A stretch of DNA of 64,000 bases, taken from positions 3,596,001-3,660,000 of the forward strand of contig NC_089431.1 in the NCBI RefSeq assembly GCF_026210795.1, in the 5' to 3' direction. A program made the translations under genes and the position numbers. The notes below the pieces were generated by a model. That model worked only from the letters and a program-made list of their open reading frames with translations, had not been told where the DNA came from and made no database searches. Below are positions 38,491 through 51,753 of the stretch, in pieces. Numbering within the stretch: the first letter of the stretch is position 1; every line of letters begins with the position of its first letter. This DNA comes from Rhizophagus irregularis (lineage: Eukaryota).

Positions 38491-39049
38491 ATTATTGTAT
38501 AATATATATTAGTTATTTAATAGGGGAGTTAGAATATCACTGAACTGTGAGGCAGTTCAGATGATATTTTAACACCCCTATCAAATAACTGTGTTATTCT
38601 GCAGCCGCCAATGATCATCTTATAATTACAATAAACTAGTATTAATTAAACAACATCAAAAATATCAATAATAATTATGCAATAGTAGTTTATTTATCAT
38701 TTAATAAAAAAATATCAGCATGATGAAAAAAGCATGATCCTATTTGGCTGTAGAATAAATTATTATATTTAAACTATATATTTTATATAAATATTTTTAT
38801 TAATAAAATTATTAGTTTTTTCAAAACAAAACAATTAAATTTTAATAAATTATGTAATATAGGTGAACTTTACCTTGGGTAAATTTCACCACTGGTGAAC
38901 GTTAAGATCATTTAATAAATCTTAAAAACATATATGCCAAATTTAAAAAACATATTTACTAAATATTTACTTCTTCAATAATAATTTTTTTATGTATAGT
39001 AACGATCTTTTGAATGGTTATTAAGCAGTTTCTTTAATTAAAAAATCAG

Positions 39050-40822
39050 TTTCAAAGTAATTTGAAACTCACCTACTAACATAAATACATAAGATTTACA
39101 ATGTGCTGGAATTTGACTGTTGGCTGGAATTTAAGTGAGATCAAAGAATACGAGAATTATTATTCTCATAAGCTGGTGCCAGTATTCAAAGAGGATGAAA
39201 GGATTGAGGATTTTCATTTGCAAGTTAAGCTATATAAACATATGTCTTAAGTACTGATCATAATGGCAGAGTTTTTGAAATCCACAGCTTTGTGTGCTCT
39301 TGACACAGAAACTAGTGATTTTTATAGGTGGTAAGAATACCATATTTCAGTTCATTTTTTCCCATATAATTATATATTTGTTGGACTACCATTCTTGCCT
39401 TTCTATTCATTTTGTAAAAATCAGGGAATGTCTGTTCACTGATATCTTGCAAAATATGTTCTCTTTTGACTTCAATAACCAAAATTAATAGTTTCGCAAG
39501 ATAGTGGCAATTGAGGTCTGGTATGCATTACTATGAATTTTTCACCTTGAATAGCTGTAATCCAGTCCTGTAAGTTTATTTAATATTTGACAAATATTAA
39601 AGTCAAATATATCTTGAACATTCTCTTTGTTTATTATTTCTTTCACCACAAAATTTGGCCTCTCAAATCTTGGGTGTTCCTTGAAGTAGAAGTGACTTAC
39701 TTCCTTGAAAAAGTCTTCCCAAAGGAGTATACTTATTGGTGAGTCAACATTAACCCTTGTAGTATTCTTTGATTTGAAACAATCATTAGATATGATTGAT
39801 GGTGGAATATACAACAATGCTTCATATTCTTCTAGGCTTAGAACTAGAAACAAAGACATATTGAGTGAATATTACAAGTGACAAATATTTACTGTACATG
39901 CTGTACCAACATTTACATAACAACTTAACAATAACATGGACATGCTCCTTGGGGGTAAGCTAGAAAAGTATTTCAAAATCTTTCTTGTTGCAAGAAGTTC
40001 ATCTTTGTCTTGCAATGAAAGATTAATTAGCTGATCTTCACGATCATCAGAAATTTTCACTTTTCATAGCCTAATGTCTTTTATGTCAAAGTTTGTGTAT
40101 TTTTCTTCTTGATAATGTCCTTAAGTTTGCAAATACTATTGTTTTTCTCAATGTCAACTTCAAAAGCATTTGCAAATGTATCTCCTTTAAGAAGACAGAT
40201 GAAAGAAATAATAGATTGGGGTATTTTGATGATGAAATATTTTCTTTCTTATTATTCTTTCATTTTCTTTTTATCTCACCACATTCTTCAATCACCCCCT
40301 CCCAGAATGTTTGCAATTCTTTTGCATAATGTGAACAGTCTTGCTTTGCTTGTTATAAAAAAGAAGTTTATTAGCAGTGTGCACCAACTTGGTATTGCTA
40401 AACATCACACAGTGGCCATCACTGCTAGTGAACTTTAGCAATTTTTTTTATTTATTAGTAGAGACACATAGCCAAGTCCCTCCTCCAGAACCCAGCAGAC
40501 CTTTACCAAATACAAAGTTCAGATGCCTGAATTGAGAGTTTGGAGTGGATACCAAGTTTGTCAATCCAGTAATTCTCCTGATTAGCATTATAGGTAACCC
40601 AGAGTTGCCATCTCTTTGCAAAATAAAAATACGTGCCTCTTTTTCTATTGCTGTAAAATTATTTGGATCCAAACATTTCGCTTCTCTTAAAAATTGTTTA
40701 ACCCAAACATCATCATTACGATTCAAGCCATTCAAAAATGATGATATTACAATAACATCATGGTGGAAAGAAAGGAAACTAAAGTATGTCCAGTTCCTAT
40801 ATTTTCTCAAATGAAAGGCCAT
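39050..40822 (-). pseudogene. Crinkler (CRN)-like pseudogene
   Basis: Frameshifted CRN N-terminal domain ICLLKGDTFANAFEVDIEKNNSICKLKDIIK..IRL*KVKI..EHVHVIVK (~40215-39928); C-terminal remnants ILLWEDF and GILTTYKNH*FLCQEHTKLWISKTL; extra upstream ORF 40822-40448. Boundaries approximate. Confidence 0.7.
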
Positions 40823-41168
40823 TTCTGGAAAGTCAAAAAATAGATTTATATGATAAAAAATGTATAAAAAAAGTGGTTTATTTTATTTGACAAAGTATTT
40901 GGCGATATTATAAATTCTTTCCAAGGTGTCGTATGTGGAAATGAAAGTAGTCCGTGTAGAAAAATACAAGATTAGGGACGAACAAAAACTTATCATTGTA
41001 ACTGATGTAATATTCAGGTTTGCTCATTTTGCTCTAAGATAATGAGAGAATGATCTTGTTAGTATTTCTTAAAAAATAATGTAAACAGAAGGACCTTTAA
41101 ATACAAAAAATTATACTTATATTTCTACACATGCACTGACAATTCGATTAAGCCAGTTTAGTAAATAT

Positions 41169-41446
41169 ACTAGGAAACGGGAACCGTTGTAAGTCCGGAG
41201 CGAGGTATAATAAATAAAGATGTAGCGATATTCTACTAATTAGCAGCATAAGGCCTTGGAATTCCGGTAATTTTCTGCTGATTAGCAGCATAAGGCCTTG
41301 GAATTCCAGTAATTTTCTGCTGATTAGCAGCATAACACCTTGGAATTCCTGGACAGAGAAACTCACGTGATTGAAAATTTACACGTTATTTCCATAGATC
41401 ATCATAGTGCGTAGACATATATAGTCCTTCGCTTCGCTCCGGACAA
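41169..41446 (-). mobile_element. Helentron-associated non-autonomous element (HINE/DINE-1-like) with central tandem repeats
   Basis: 5' TTGTCCGGAGCGAAGCGAAGGACTAT; 3' inverted copy TCGCTCCGGAC, then hairpin AACGG-TTC-CCGTT and CTAGT; 42-bp unit x~3 at 41231-41352. Confidence 0.75.
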
Positions 41447-43242
41447 TCAGTTAATATCAGTCTGAAAATAATGATTAAACTATCTGTTTGCTTAATCAGA
41501 GTTTTAGGGCGTGAAGATTAAAAAGTCTCACTATAAAAAATTTTAATGATCATTTTATCGTAGAGTAAAAAACAGACAATAGCCTTTTCCTATTCGGTAA
41601 TCTGTCGTACTCTCTGAAATATAGTGGTACAATTTTTTTTTATATTTTTTAAAATAAAGTGCCCCATAGACTCCCAGTTAAACGATCATCAAAACACTTG
41701 CAAAGTATACTCTTTTTTGGTTGTGATCTACGCGAAAAGTTTACCTGCGAATTTAATATCTTAGATTTAGATTATAGATTTAGGAATAAGAATAATGAAT
41801 CCTAAATCTAAGAGTATGACGCCCACCCTCCCTCCTTACGAATAGATGGGCTATATATATATTTTTTTCTTCATTTTTTTTTTTCATTAAAAAAAAAAAG
41901 TAAAAAAAAAATTGTGTTACTCTACATATTACGCAATATTTACTTACAAAAACTTGTAGAAAAAATTTTTTATGTATTACTCAATATTACTTTATTACAC
42001 AATTTATTACACAATTTTATTACAGAAAAATATAAATTTATTATTCAAAAAAATTTTCATAAAAAATATAAAAAAAAATTTTTTGTTACTCAACATATTG
42101 TGTAATATTTACGCAAAAATAAAATTAAAAAATTTTACGTATTACTCAAATTATATTGTATTACATTATATAACATCTATCAATTTATATAAAAAATAAA
42201 AAAAAAACGTGTTTAATACTGCAATATAAAATTTATTTTTTCATAAATAAAAAACTTTACGTGTTAACTTAAAAATTAATATATTTCGCAAAAAATATAT
42301 TTTTGCAGCATAAAATTTTTTTTTTTCATAAAAATACATTACTCAATCAGTATATTTTGCAATATAAAATTTATTTCTTTATAAAAAAAATTTTAAATCA
42401 AAAGAAAAAAAAACCAATCTTTATTTGTTTCCTATCTCTTTTTTTACTCATTTACTCAATCAAATTTCATAATTCTCATAAATAAATGAATCAAATAAAT
42501 TCATGTAAAAAAACCGGTGTAAAAAAAAAAAAATTTATTTTTTTCGCAACTTTTATTTGGCTGTTCCAATTTCCATAAAGGTATAAATGAATAATTACAA
42601 AAAGGCGTATATGATCAGATGGTGTGGCTATAATACAAATATTACATTAATCAAAATATAAATTATTTATGTATTATCTATATAAAAAAGGAAAAATTCG
42701 GATGATGTGGCTTAAATAATTACATATTACATAAATTAATTGTGCTTCTAAAAAAAAAATATTCCCAAAATAGGTTTTTTCCAGCGATCAGACTCCTTTA
42801 TTTTATTATCAAAAAAAAAATTAGATCTTTCGTTATCAAATATCAAATAAAAATTTTTTTTAAAACAAAACGAAGAATGATTATTAAAAAAAATCCACTC
42901 TTATCATATTTTTTAAAAACTTTAACTTAATGAAAGAAATTCTAACATTAATTAATTAAAATATTATTTTTAATTCTTTTTTTTAATTTTTTTAAATTAA
43001 TTTAAAATAAAAAAAAAATTCATGTCGTAATTAAAATAAAAAAAATTTCATGTCGTAAATTCATGCACACTTGCATTTTTTTTCTTCAAATTAAAACCCG
43101 ATTATTACTTCATCTATTAATATAAATACTCTGATCTTTTTTTTCTTAAAAAAAACGTATATTTCTATTTTTCAAATATACAGTTTTATTCTTAAAAAAA
43201 AAAAATTTAACATATCTTTTCTACCACCTAGCTATATTTCTA

Positions 43243-44240
43243 ATGCCAGCAAAGTTGAGTACGATATGCTACATTCATGATTCAACCCAGAGGTCGATGA
43301 AGGAATATAGCATAAAAGAAATAACTGTAATATCCAGACTGAGCGATGAAGACCCAACCAAAATCATATATCTAAAAATCAAAGTGTTTGTTCCATTGGA
43401 TAAAGAAATTGAAACACACATTGAAGAATTTGAAAATGGTCAGGTAATTTACTTGAGAGGTAAATTTATTGCCTGCAATGGATGGTACATGGTATATTGG
43501 TATGTTATTGATTTTTTAGTTTAAAAAACAAAAAAATAATGAAATATAATAAAAATTAGCATCAAAATATTAAATTTGAAAATTGAATTAATAGGTGAAC
43601 GCTACATCCATTAAACCTATGGCAAATCTTGATTTTAATGTGATGCCAGCTGCAGGGATAAACATAATGGTGACGGGTTTGACCACTCAAACTGCTAAAA
43701 ATGTTGGATGGTGAATCTGTTTTTGACTTTCACGTGGAAGAAATCTTGGAGATATAGAACCACCAAAAGTTTATGCAAAAGTCTATCAGTCACGAAGGAT
43801 TTTTGGTTAGAGATGAGACATAATTCAAATATTAATTATTTGGCCAATAAAACTAATTCTATCAATCAAACAATGAGGTCAACAATGGCAATTTTAGCAG
43901 GCCTACTCTATTATCAAGAATCCGTTGTAGATACTAGTACAAGTGAAGAAACTACACCTGGGAAACATATCTTGAAATTAGATGATATATCACTAATTTC
44001 TAGTAACTGACCTAATACATCTGCTCAATCTATTAATCTACCATGATTGAACCAAAAATCAACAAGTTCAAGGAACACACCTCGTACGCCAAGAGTATCT
44101 ACACCATGTTCAAAAAGAGGTCGTGTTACACTTTCACAGCTATCACCCACCAGGAAGACTCAAGCCAATCACTAGCGTCTGCATTACAAGAAAACCCCCT
44201 TCCAACCATGACCCAAAACGAAACCTCTAGTGAAACTTAA
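43243..44240 (+). pseudogene. Degraded gene, possibly OB-fold/ssDNA-binding cargo of a Helitron
   Basis: Exon 43243-43491, intron to 43594, exon 2 with frameshifts and TGA stops; beta-strand-rich (GQVIYLRGKF); lies upstream of a PIF1 remnant. OB-fold is inference only. Confidence 0.5.
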
Positions 44241-44917
44241 ATAATAACATTTATTATTCTCTTTTTCAATTTTTAAAATATATATATATATTTTTTTTTA
44301 ACCAGACCATAAAAAAATCAATAATAAACAAAAAAAGCTATCAGAGGTCAAAATAATTATATAAAACTTATTTTCCTTTATTAATAAGATATACTTTCTA
44401 TAATTCTGTTAATTTTTATTTTTTGTTTTATACTTTTTCTTATTTCATGAAATAATGTATTTACATATTTTCTTTACAATAAATTCCAATTAAAGCAAAA
44501 ATACTATGATTTATATTTTAAGTATATCAAAAAAATCATATCTCACCAAAAAATTATTTATATTAAAAAAAGCTAAGAAACTTTTCACATACTATATATG
44601 CTGCCGATCATACTACTTTGATTCTTAAGATTTATACACACTAAAATACACACTAAAATTATACATGCTAAAATACTATTAATCAGACTTGAATCTTAAA
44701 ATCAAGAAACAGAAAATTTCTTAATACTGAGATTCATTAGGTCGATCAATAAATTAAAAAGGAAAACTCATTTTCGATCTTTTTACAAACAAATTTCGTA
44801 ATATTTATAAACAAAATGCATTGTAAAACAAGCAGATCGGATAAATTTCACTTAACTAAATATTTTTTCATAGCAATCACATGGTACGCTTATAGATCCT
44901 ATATAATTATTTTCAGA

Positions 44918-45095
44918 AGCTCTCTTGCCTTGGATGGAAGTATATTCTCAACTGGTCAAGCTTATGTTGCACTTAATAGATGTTCTAACTGGAATAATGT
45001 TGATATATCACATCTTGATATGTCTGCTTTCATGGTTGATCCTGATGTAATCCTAGAATATCAACGATTGGAATCCATATCTAACACAAATCCCA
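44918..45095 (+). pseudogene. PIF1-family helicase C-terminal remnant (Helitron RepHel-like)
   Basis: LALDGSIFSTGQAYVALNRC matches the PIF1 motif GQAYVALSR, followed by VDPDVILEYQRL. Confidence 0.75.
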
Positions 45096-46010
45096 CCTAT
45101 TTTCATAATATATTTATCTATTATTTACTAGTAAAAAAAAAATAAAACCAAAATACTTATTAGTGTACAAAATATATAAATCAATAAATCTACAATTGAA
45201 TTTCTCAATTTTATTTTAATAATTTTATTACATTTATATTAAAATACAATACTTTAATAATCAGTATTCAATATATTACATAAATATACAGTAAAATTAT
45301 TAATTATTTGAATAATTTGATTATTAAACAAACTGTTAAAAATAGAAACTTATTTTAATTGATTTGGGCAATAAGAAATTTCATAAATTTACTTATTTTA
45401 TTATTTTAATATAAATACAAATATTATAATTTATCAAACACTTCTAATATTTATTATGAATTATAATTAAATCTATATTTACTTTAGTCAATTAACTATT
45501 TGAAATTATAACTGTTTGATTAATGTTATGTGTAATGTGTATGATTTCAATCAGATAACTCATGATACTGATCACACAATTATGTAACCATGGGTACTGG
45601 ATAAAAGATTACTCGCTAGTTTTTTCCAAAAAAACTCTGATATGTGAAATTTTCTAAAAAATTTTTTATAGGGTCTGAATAGGAAAATTAAGCTTTTCTG
45701 TTTAGTTCTGAAAATAGCCTAATTTAGCAGTTAGCCCAATCTGGTAATTCCTTTCACAATTGAGTAGTCTATTTGCCTAACTGAGTTCAAAATTTGATTT
45801 TAATGTATCCATCAGGAGTTATATTTTTTGTAGAGTCTATAAATATCTATAATACTATATAAATTTATTATCTGTTATATAAATATTTTATAAATCTGTA
45901 ATACATATGAATAATTTATTTATTTATTTATTATATAATCGTAGAAATATTATAAATATTCTGTATAAAATTAGCATAAATATAGAATTATTTAGGATTT
46001 TATAAAAAAT

Positions 46011-46381
46011 CGCCATAGCGATGTGTTGCAAGTGTCACGTGACTTTACATATGTGAATAATTTGTCGCCCCGCATCACATCCTCTAGTTTTCCATTTTTA
46101 TTATTTATTCTGAAGACGAATTTTTTCAGTGCAAAAAATACTATTTGTCACTCCCTATACATCACATGCTTAATTTCAGCCAAATTTTATAACGCTGGCC
46201 AAAATATCCTTTTTGGGAGCTTTAGGTAACGTTATACAATCCAAAAAAGGCAATTCTAGTTTTCAGCAAAATTCAAGTTTTTGTTACACAAAACTTCCAA
46301 AAAAGGTGATTTCTTTGACGATCTTTTAATTCCGGCCGGAATTATAAAATCACGTGACACTGGTGATGCATCGCCATTGTG
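46011..46381. mobile_element. MITE with imperfect TIRs and 9-bp TSD
   Basis: ATAAAAAAT at 46002-10 and 46382-90; inverted ..GTGTCACGTGA / TCACGTGACAC.. near both ends. Confidence 0.6.
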
Positions 46382-46715
46382 ATAAAAAATAAAACCCAAT
46401 TATTTAAATATAAATTTATGAATAATTTATAAATAAATTTTATATAAATATTTCGTATAAAATTGCATGAATATAGATATACGTAATTTACAGTTAAATA
46501 AATATTGGGGGTCTTCACAAAACCCGTGATTGAGATTGGGATTGAGATTGGGATTGAGATCAGCTTGAAATTGAGATTAACGTTTCAATCTTGATTCACA
46601 AATTTTTGTGTTACATTAGATTAATGATTTACCGTTATGCTTTAAAAATTTTTTTTTCGTACTTTCTTTTAAAATTTTACATAAATTTTTATAATTACAT
46701 ATTATTTTCTCAGTA

Positions 46716-47972
46716 ATGAACAGGGAATTTCAAATTTCAATTTGTATATTAATAATTATTATACTTATTAAATATAATGAATTTGAAGAAAATTTAATTG
46801 CTACTTATCAAACTGAACAAGAAGAAGAGGAAGAAAATTTTAACATTTTACCTTTAAACTTGCTATATTTACAACTTAATAGAATAGAAATTAATGAGTG
46901 CATCAATTTAAGAAGATTAAATAGATCAATATCTCAGTATTGGTTTAATGAAATATGTTTAAATATGCAAGATTTTGAATTTAAAAGACATTTTAGGTTA
47001 ACCAGGTCTACATTTGAATGGTTATGCTGTGAAATAATACCACATTTAAGAAGAGAAATTACAGGACCTGGTATAGTTGGACTTGCATGGGAACAAAAGG
47101 TTGGTGCATCATTATGGTTTCTTGCTACTGGAGAATGTTTTAGGTCTATAGGTAATAGGTTTGGAATGGGAGAATCAACTTTTAGTTATGCATTAAGAGA
47201 TTTTATTAATGTAATAGTTACAAAATTTCTAGCAGAAAAAATTGTTTTTCCAAATACAGAATCAGAAATTAATGAAATTACAAATGGATTCAAAGGTACT
47301 GGAAGAATTCCTAATGTTATTGGAGCTATTGATGGTAGTCATATACCAATTAAAGCACCTCATCTATTTCCTGTAGATTATTTTAATAGAAAAGGATTTT
47401 ATTCAATTGTTTTACAAGCAGTAGTTGACCATAAAAAAAGTTTTTTAGATATATGTGTTGGTTGGCCAGGTTCTACACATGATAGTAGAATTTTAGTAAA
47501 TTCTAATCTATATAATAAGTTTAATAATTTAGTAACAACTTTTAATAATAAATACATATTAGGTGATGGAGGATATCCGAATCTTAGTTGGTTAATAGTT
47601 CCTTATAAAGATATAGGTAGAGGATTAATTCAAAAACAAACATATTTCAATCGTAAACATTCACAAACAAGAATCAAAGTAGAACAAGCTTTTGGTTTAT
47701 TAAAGGGTAGATGGAGATGTCTTCTTCATAGTTTAGAAGTTTCATTTGAAATAATACCACATATCATAACTACTTGTTGTATACTCCATAATATTTGTGA
47801 AGAAAGACGCGATTTTTTACCACCAGAAGAACAATATCATGATACAGGAACTGATGTAAATAGTGAAACAAATGTTAATGAAACATTAGAAGGTAATGCT
47901 ATAAGAAATGCAATATGTGATTTATTATGGAATAATCATCAGAGGAGATATTTAAATACAATTGATAATTAA
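46716..47972 (+). CDS. Harbinger/HARBI1-like DDE transposase
   Basis: FKRHFRL, GAIDGSHIPI, YFNRKGFYS, GWPGSTHDSRI, LGDGGYP, VEQAFGLLKGRWRCL, CCILHNIC; intact 418-aa ORF. Confidence 0.93.
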   Translation: MNREFQISICILIIIILIKYNEFEENLIATYQTEQEEEEENFNILPLNLLYLQLNRIEINECINLRRLNRSISQYWFNEICLNMQDFEFKRHFRLTRSTFEWLCCEIIPHLRREITGPGIVGLAWEQKVGASLWFLATGECFRSIGNRFGMGESTFSYALRDFINVIVTKFLAEKIVFPNTESEINEITNGFKGTGRIPNVIGAIDGSHIPIKAPHLFPVDYFNRKGFYSIVLQAVVDHKKSFLDICVGWPGSTHDSRILVNSNLYNKFNNLVTTFNNKYILGDGGYPNLSWLIVPYKDIGRGLIQKQTYFNRKHSQTRIKVEQAFGLLKGRWRCLLHSLEVSFEIIPHIITTCCILHNICEERRDFLPPEEQYHDTGTDVNSETNVNETLEGNAIRNAICDLLWNNHQRRYLNTIDN

Positions 47973-48056
47973 GTAATAAATCAATGAATTAAAAAAATTA
48001 CAAACATATATTTTCCAATTTATTTCATAAAACATTTAAAAGAATTACATTATTTA

Positions 48057-49304
48057 TTATTGGGTGCGTGAGCTATCATTTCTATCATTTTTATATTCAG
48101 AATCATCCAATTGTGCAAAAGATGGTAAAGATGTTTGTAAATTTCTTTGCAAGTACATGAAATTTGAAGAAAATTGAGGCAAATCATCTATAAATTGAAT
48201 TAAAATTAAATTAATTAAATTAAAATTAGAATTGAATTTAATATAAAAAATCAGATTTTGATCGTAAAATAAAAATTTGAATTTGTACGTGACGCAAAAA
48301 TCAAAATTTAAATGTGACGCAAAAATCAAGATTTGAATGCAACACAAACATTTGAATTTGAACGTGACATATAAATAAACTTAATATTACCATTGGAATT
48401 AATAATAAATACCTTGTAAATTTTTTTCTGATTGATTATTTGAATTTCCTTGAGAAGAACTCAAACATTCTGTAATATTATTTAATAAACCAAATAACAT
48501 CATATCTGATTGATGTTTCATTGTAAGCAATTCTGACCTTTCCCTTTGATCTCTTTTTTCTTTTTCTTCTCTTCTTTTGTCAAATTCTATTTGCCTAATT
48601 TCTTGTTGCTCCATCCATTTTTGAATAGTATTTTCCAAAATAGCTCCATGATTTTTGGATTTTTTTCTGCTTTGATTATCTACATTAACATCAACTTCTT
48701 TATTTTCACGTTTATTTGTATATTTTCTACCAATTTTAGGGAATTCATATGTAATTTCTGTCTTGTTATTGTCTTCAAAATCTTCTTGCGCAAGATCAAA
48801 ATTTTCTATTCTTGGTAAGGGTACGGAAGAATCAATACAAGATTTTGGATTTAATGTAGGCCTATCCTTATTCAAAATTGCCTCAATCTCTTCTTTATAT
48901 TGAATAACAATGGGAGGTCCACCACTTTTTTTTGAAGCTGCAAGTTGCGACTTAAATAAAAAAAAATTTATTAATAAATTTAAATAATAAGTAAAGAAAA
49001 TTTAATTTTAAATAAAAACCTTATAATTATCTACTAAATTCTTCCACTTGTTAGCAATTTGAACAACACTATAAGATTGTTCAAATTCAAAAGTCAAAAA
49101 AAAAGCTTCAGCATCTTTCCACAATTGAACACTCTCTGGATTAGATGTAGCACCACGTTTATACTTTAAATCTTCAAGCTTTTCTTTATGTTCAAGAAGA
49201 AAAGACAATAAAGCTTTAATAGCAGGTTCAGTCCATCTGACTCTTGAAGCTTTAATAGGTTTCTCAGTATTTTTATCTTTTTTATTTTCGTGGGTAGATT
49301 CCAT
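48057..49304 (-). CDS. Myb/SANT-like DNA-binding partner protein of the Harbinger element
   Basis: Exons 49304-49020, 48950-48413, 48187-48057 join in frame; RWTEPAIKALL..LWKDAE..QIANKWKNLVDNYK tryptophan pattern. Confidence 0.85.
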
Positions 49305-50169
49305 TTTTTTTTATTAAAAAGATCACAAACTTTTAGTGTTTAAAAGAAAACGGTTTAAGGAAAATGACAAAAAAAAGTTCACGTTTTGCGATAGTTTCGC
49401 GTTCAAAAAGTATTTAAATAAAAAATATGCATACATTTTTTAAATTGAAAAAAAAAAATCAAGAAAATTTGCCAGGTTAACGAAGTTAATGCTAATCTTA
49501 TTCTAATCTTACTTGATGAGTAAGATTGAAATTTCATATAAAATTTCAATCACGATCAGCTTGAGATTAAGCTTAATCTCAATCACGTTTTTTGTGAAAC
49601 CAGATTAACCTCTAATCTCAATCATAATCTCAATCACGAATTTTGTGAAGACCCCCATTATATTGATATTTTATATGTCATTATATATTTTATATAAAAT
49701 TTATGTAAGTTTATTTTAAAATATGTGTAAAACTACTAACACAATCTATAGCAAATTTTTATTAATATACATTTCTTGTTACTATGCATCATTTTTTCAA
49801 AATCGTAACATATTAAGGTAAATAAGCTTAATGTCATCAAAAAAAAAAATAATACAAGATATTTATTTGATACATTAAATACTATTTGACAATAAAGCTA
49901 CTAGCCTACTACATTATAAAAAATCGTTGTAATAATTTATAGATTTTATATCATTACATGGTGGATATAGTGGTGGATGGTAGTAAGTGCACGTTATGGT
50001 TTAGTCAAATACCCTGGATTGGATCCAAATGGAAATCAATTTTGTATTTGTAATTATCGTGCTCCGCTGTATGATGTTGATGATTTGTAATTTAATTATT
50101 TTTTATGCGTAAGTTTAATAATTACAATAAACTATATTTAAGCTATAAACAATACATGTGTTATAATTA

Positions 50170-51753
50170 TTAATTATGGCTATTAGGATTATTATTGAAA
50201 ATAATAACAGAATTGATAAAAACTTTATCAGCTGTTAATTTCGAAACTAATTCTTCCAAATTTTGACTTTTATTTTCTTGAATTTCATTTAAATCTTTTA
50301 ATGGCCTTCTTGTAACTTTAATATTACTGTTTGCCAAATTAATAACTTCACGATTATCTAGAAAAAGTTCAATTTTGTTAAATTGATTATCAAAAAATAG
50401 AATAAAATTTTAGAATATTACCATTAAGCAATGATTTTGCAACAACGAAATTGTCTGTTGATAAAGTTGATTGTTCCATTGATTTTTCTATAGAAGAAAA
50501 TTAGAATGCAGGTCATTTATTAATGATTAAAAATTTCAAATTTTTACCTGATCGAATATTATTTTTATTAAAACCAAATGCTTCAACAAGGTTAAAAGCA
50601 TTATTTCGTTGAATTTCAGTTTCTGGACGCTCATATCTAGCAAGCCCTTGCTCAGACTTATGTCGTGTACTTGCCATACATTCAGAATTTGAAAATCCTC
50701 ATCGCTTTAATATTTGTACTAGCGTTTTCCGACCTGAATGGTTACTAATTTTGTGATCATCCACGTTAATTCCGGTTAAGGTAACAATTTTTTTCATAAA
50801 GGATTTAATTTCTTTTTCAGACACATGTTGCTTATGATACCATTGTCCATTAAATTCAACTGTATAATATGAAATAAAAAATAATAAAAATTTTGACATT
50901 AGATTTGTCAAAAAAAAAAAAAATTTTAATATTTACCTTCACTAATATTGCATGGCTTTAAATAAAAATGTGGATCAGCTTGGGTTGGACGTTTGGTAAA
51001 ATAATTTTCATACATTTCAATGATACTAGGTATTTCGGGAATGTATAACTTATCACCTTGAGATTCAATATTATTGGCACCGCGTTGATTAGTTTTTGAT
51101 TTGTAAATGATAACATCAAATCCACCATATTTGTCTTTTCTTCGTATAAAATTTTGAAGCTGCAAATTGAAATGTTCTCCTCCCCTTAACCCTAAAAAAA
51201 TAGCATTAAAAAAAAAGATCCTATATAATAAACTGGCAGGATCATTGCCAGACATTGCTGGATGATCAAGAATCTGAAGAAGATCATCTTCAGTAAATCC
51301 ATCAGCACCGTTACGCTCCCCACGACCTTGACTCACAAGACTCTTAACTTTACCATTCAAAATCTGCCATAATTTGTAATATTGATCTTTATCCATAATG
51401 TTGATAGGTTTTGAAAGGACAGACTTATTATTCAAATGTCTATTTATTGCAAACATGCAACTATTAACTGAAGAAACATGATATTCAGAACCATCTTTTT
51501 TTCTCATTGCATGAACAAATCTACAAAGCTGATCCTCTAATTCTTCTTTTGTATCAACTTCCTCAATCAATCCTTGATAATTAACATCTGTTCTAAATTT
51601 TTCCAAAGCTCGTATCCAATTTGAAGTTGAATAATCAGTATTTTTACATCGGCTACTATCAATAAGATTGCGAAGCTCATCATCAGTAGGCTTTTTATAA
51701 GTAAAGTTCACCTTTAATTTCTTACAAGGTCGTTTATCTTTGTTATCTTGCAT
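50170..51753 (-). mobile_element. Crypton-type tyrosine recombinase gene with one premature stop
   Basis: Exons 51753-50937, 50859-50548, 50487-50422, 50357-50170. Catalytic residues: GLRGGEH, KSKTNQRG, NHSGRKT, TRHKS, LARYERP. In-frame TGA at 50701-50699. Confidence 0.85.

Larger units (their letters stand above)
46507..49656. mobile_element. Full-length PIF/Harbinger-superfamily DNA transposon
   Basis: ~43-bp TIRs starting GGGGGTCTTCACAAAA with GATTGA subrepeats; ATT TSD (46504-06, 49657-59); two convergent genes. Confidence 0.93.

Noticed and set aside
40459..40616. Possible hAT-like MITE (TAGAGAC../..CATCTCT)
   Set aside because: TIR match is short and no TSD was found.
41148..41366. 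ORF with 14-aa repeats (EFQGLMLLISRK)
   Set aside because: It is the translation of the 42-bp central repeat of a HINE.
41914..42930. Several K/I/F/Y-rich ORFs
   Set aside because: Low-complexity AT-rich sequence; no protein-like signal.
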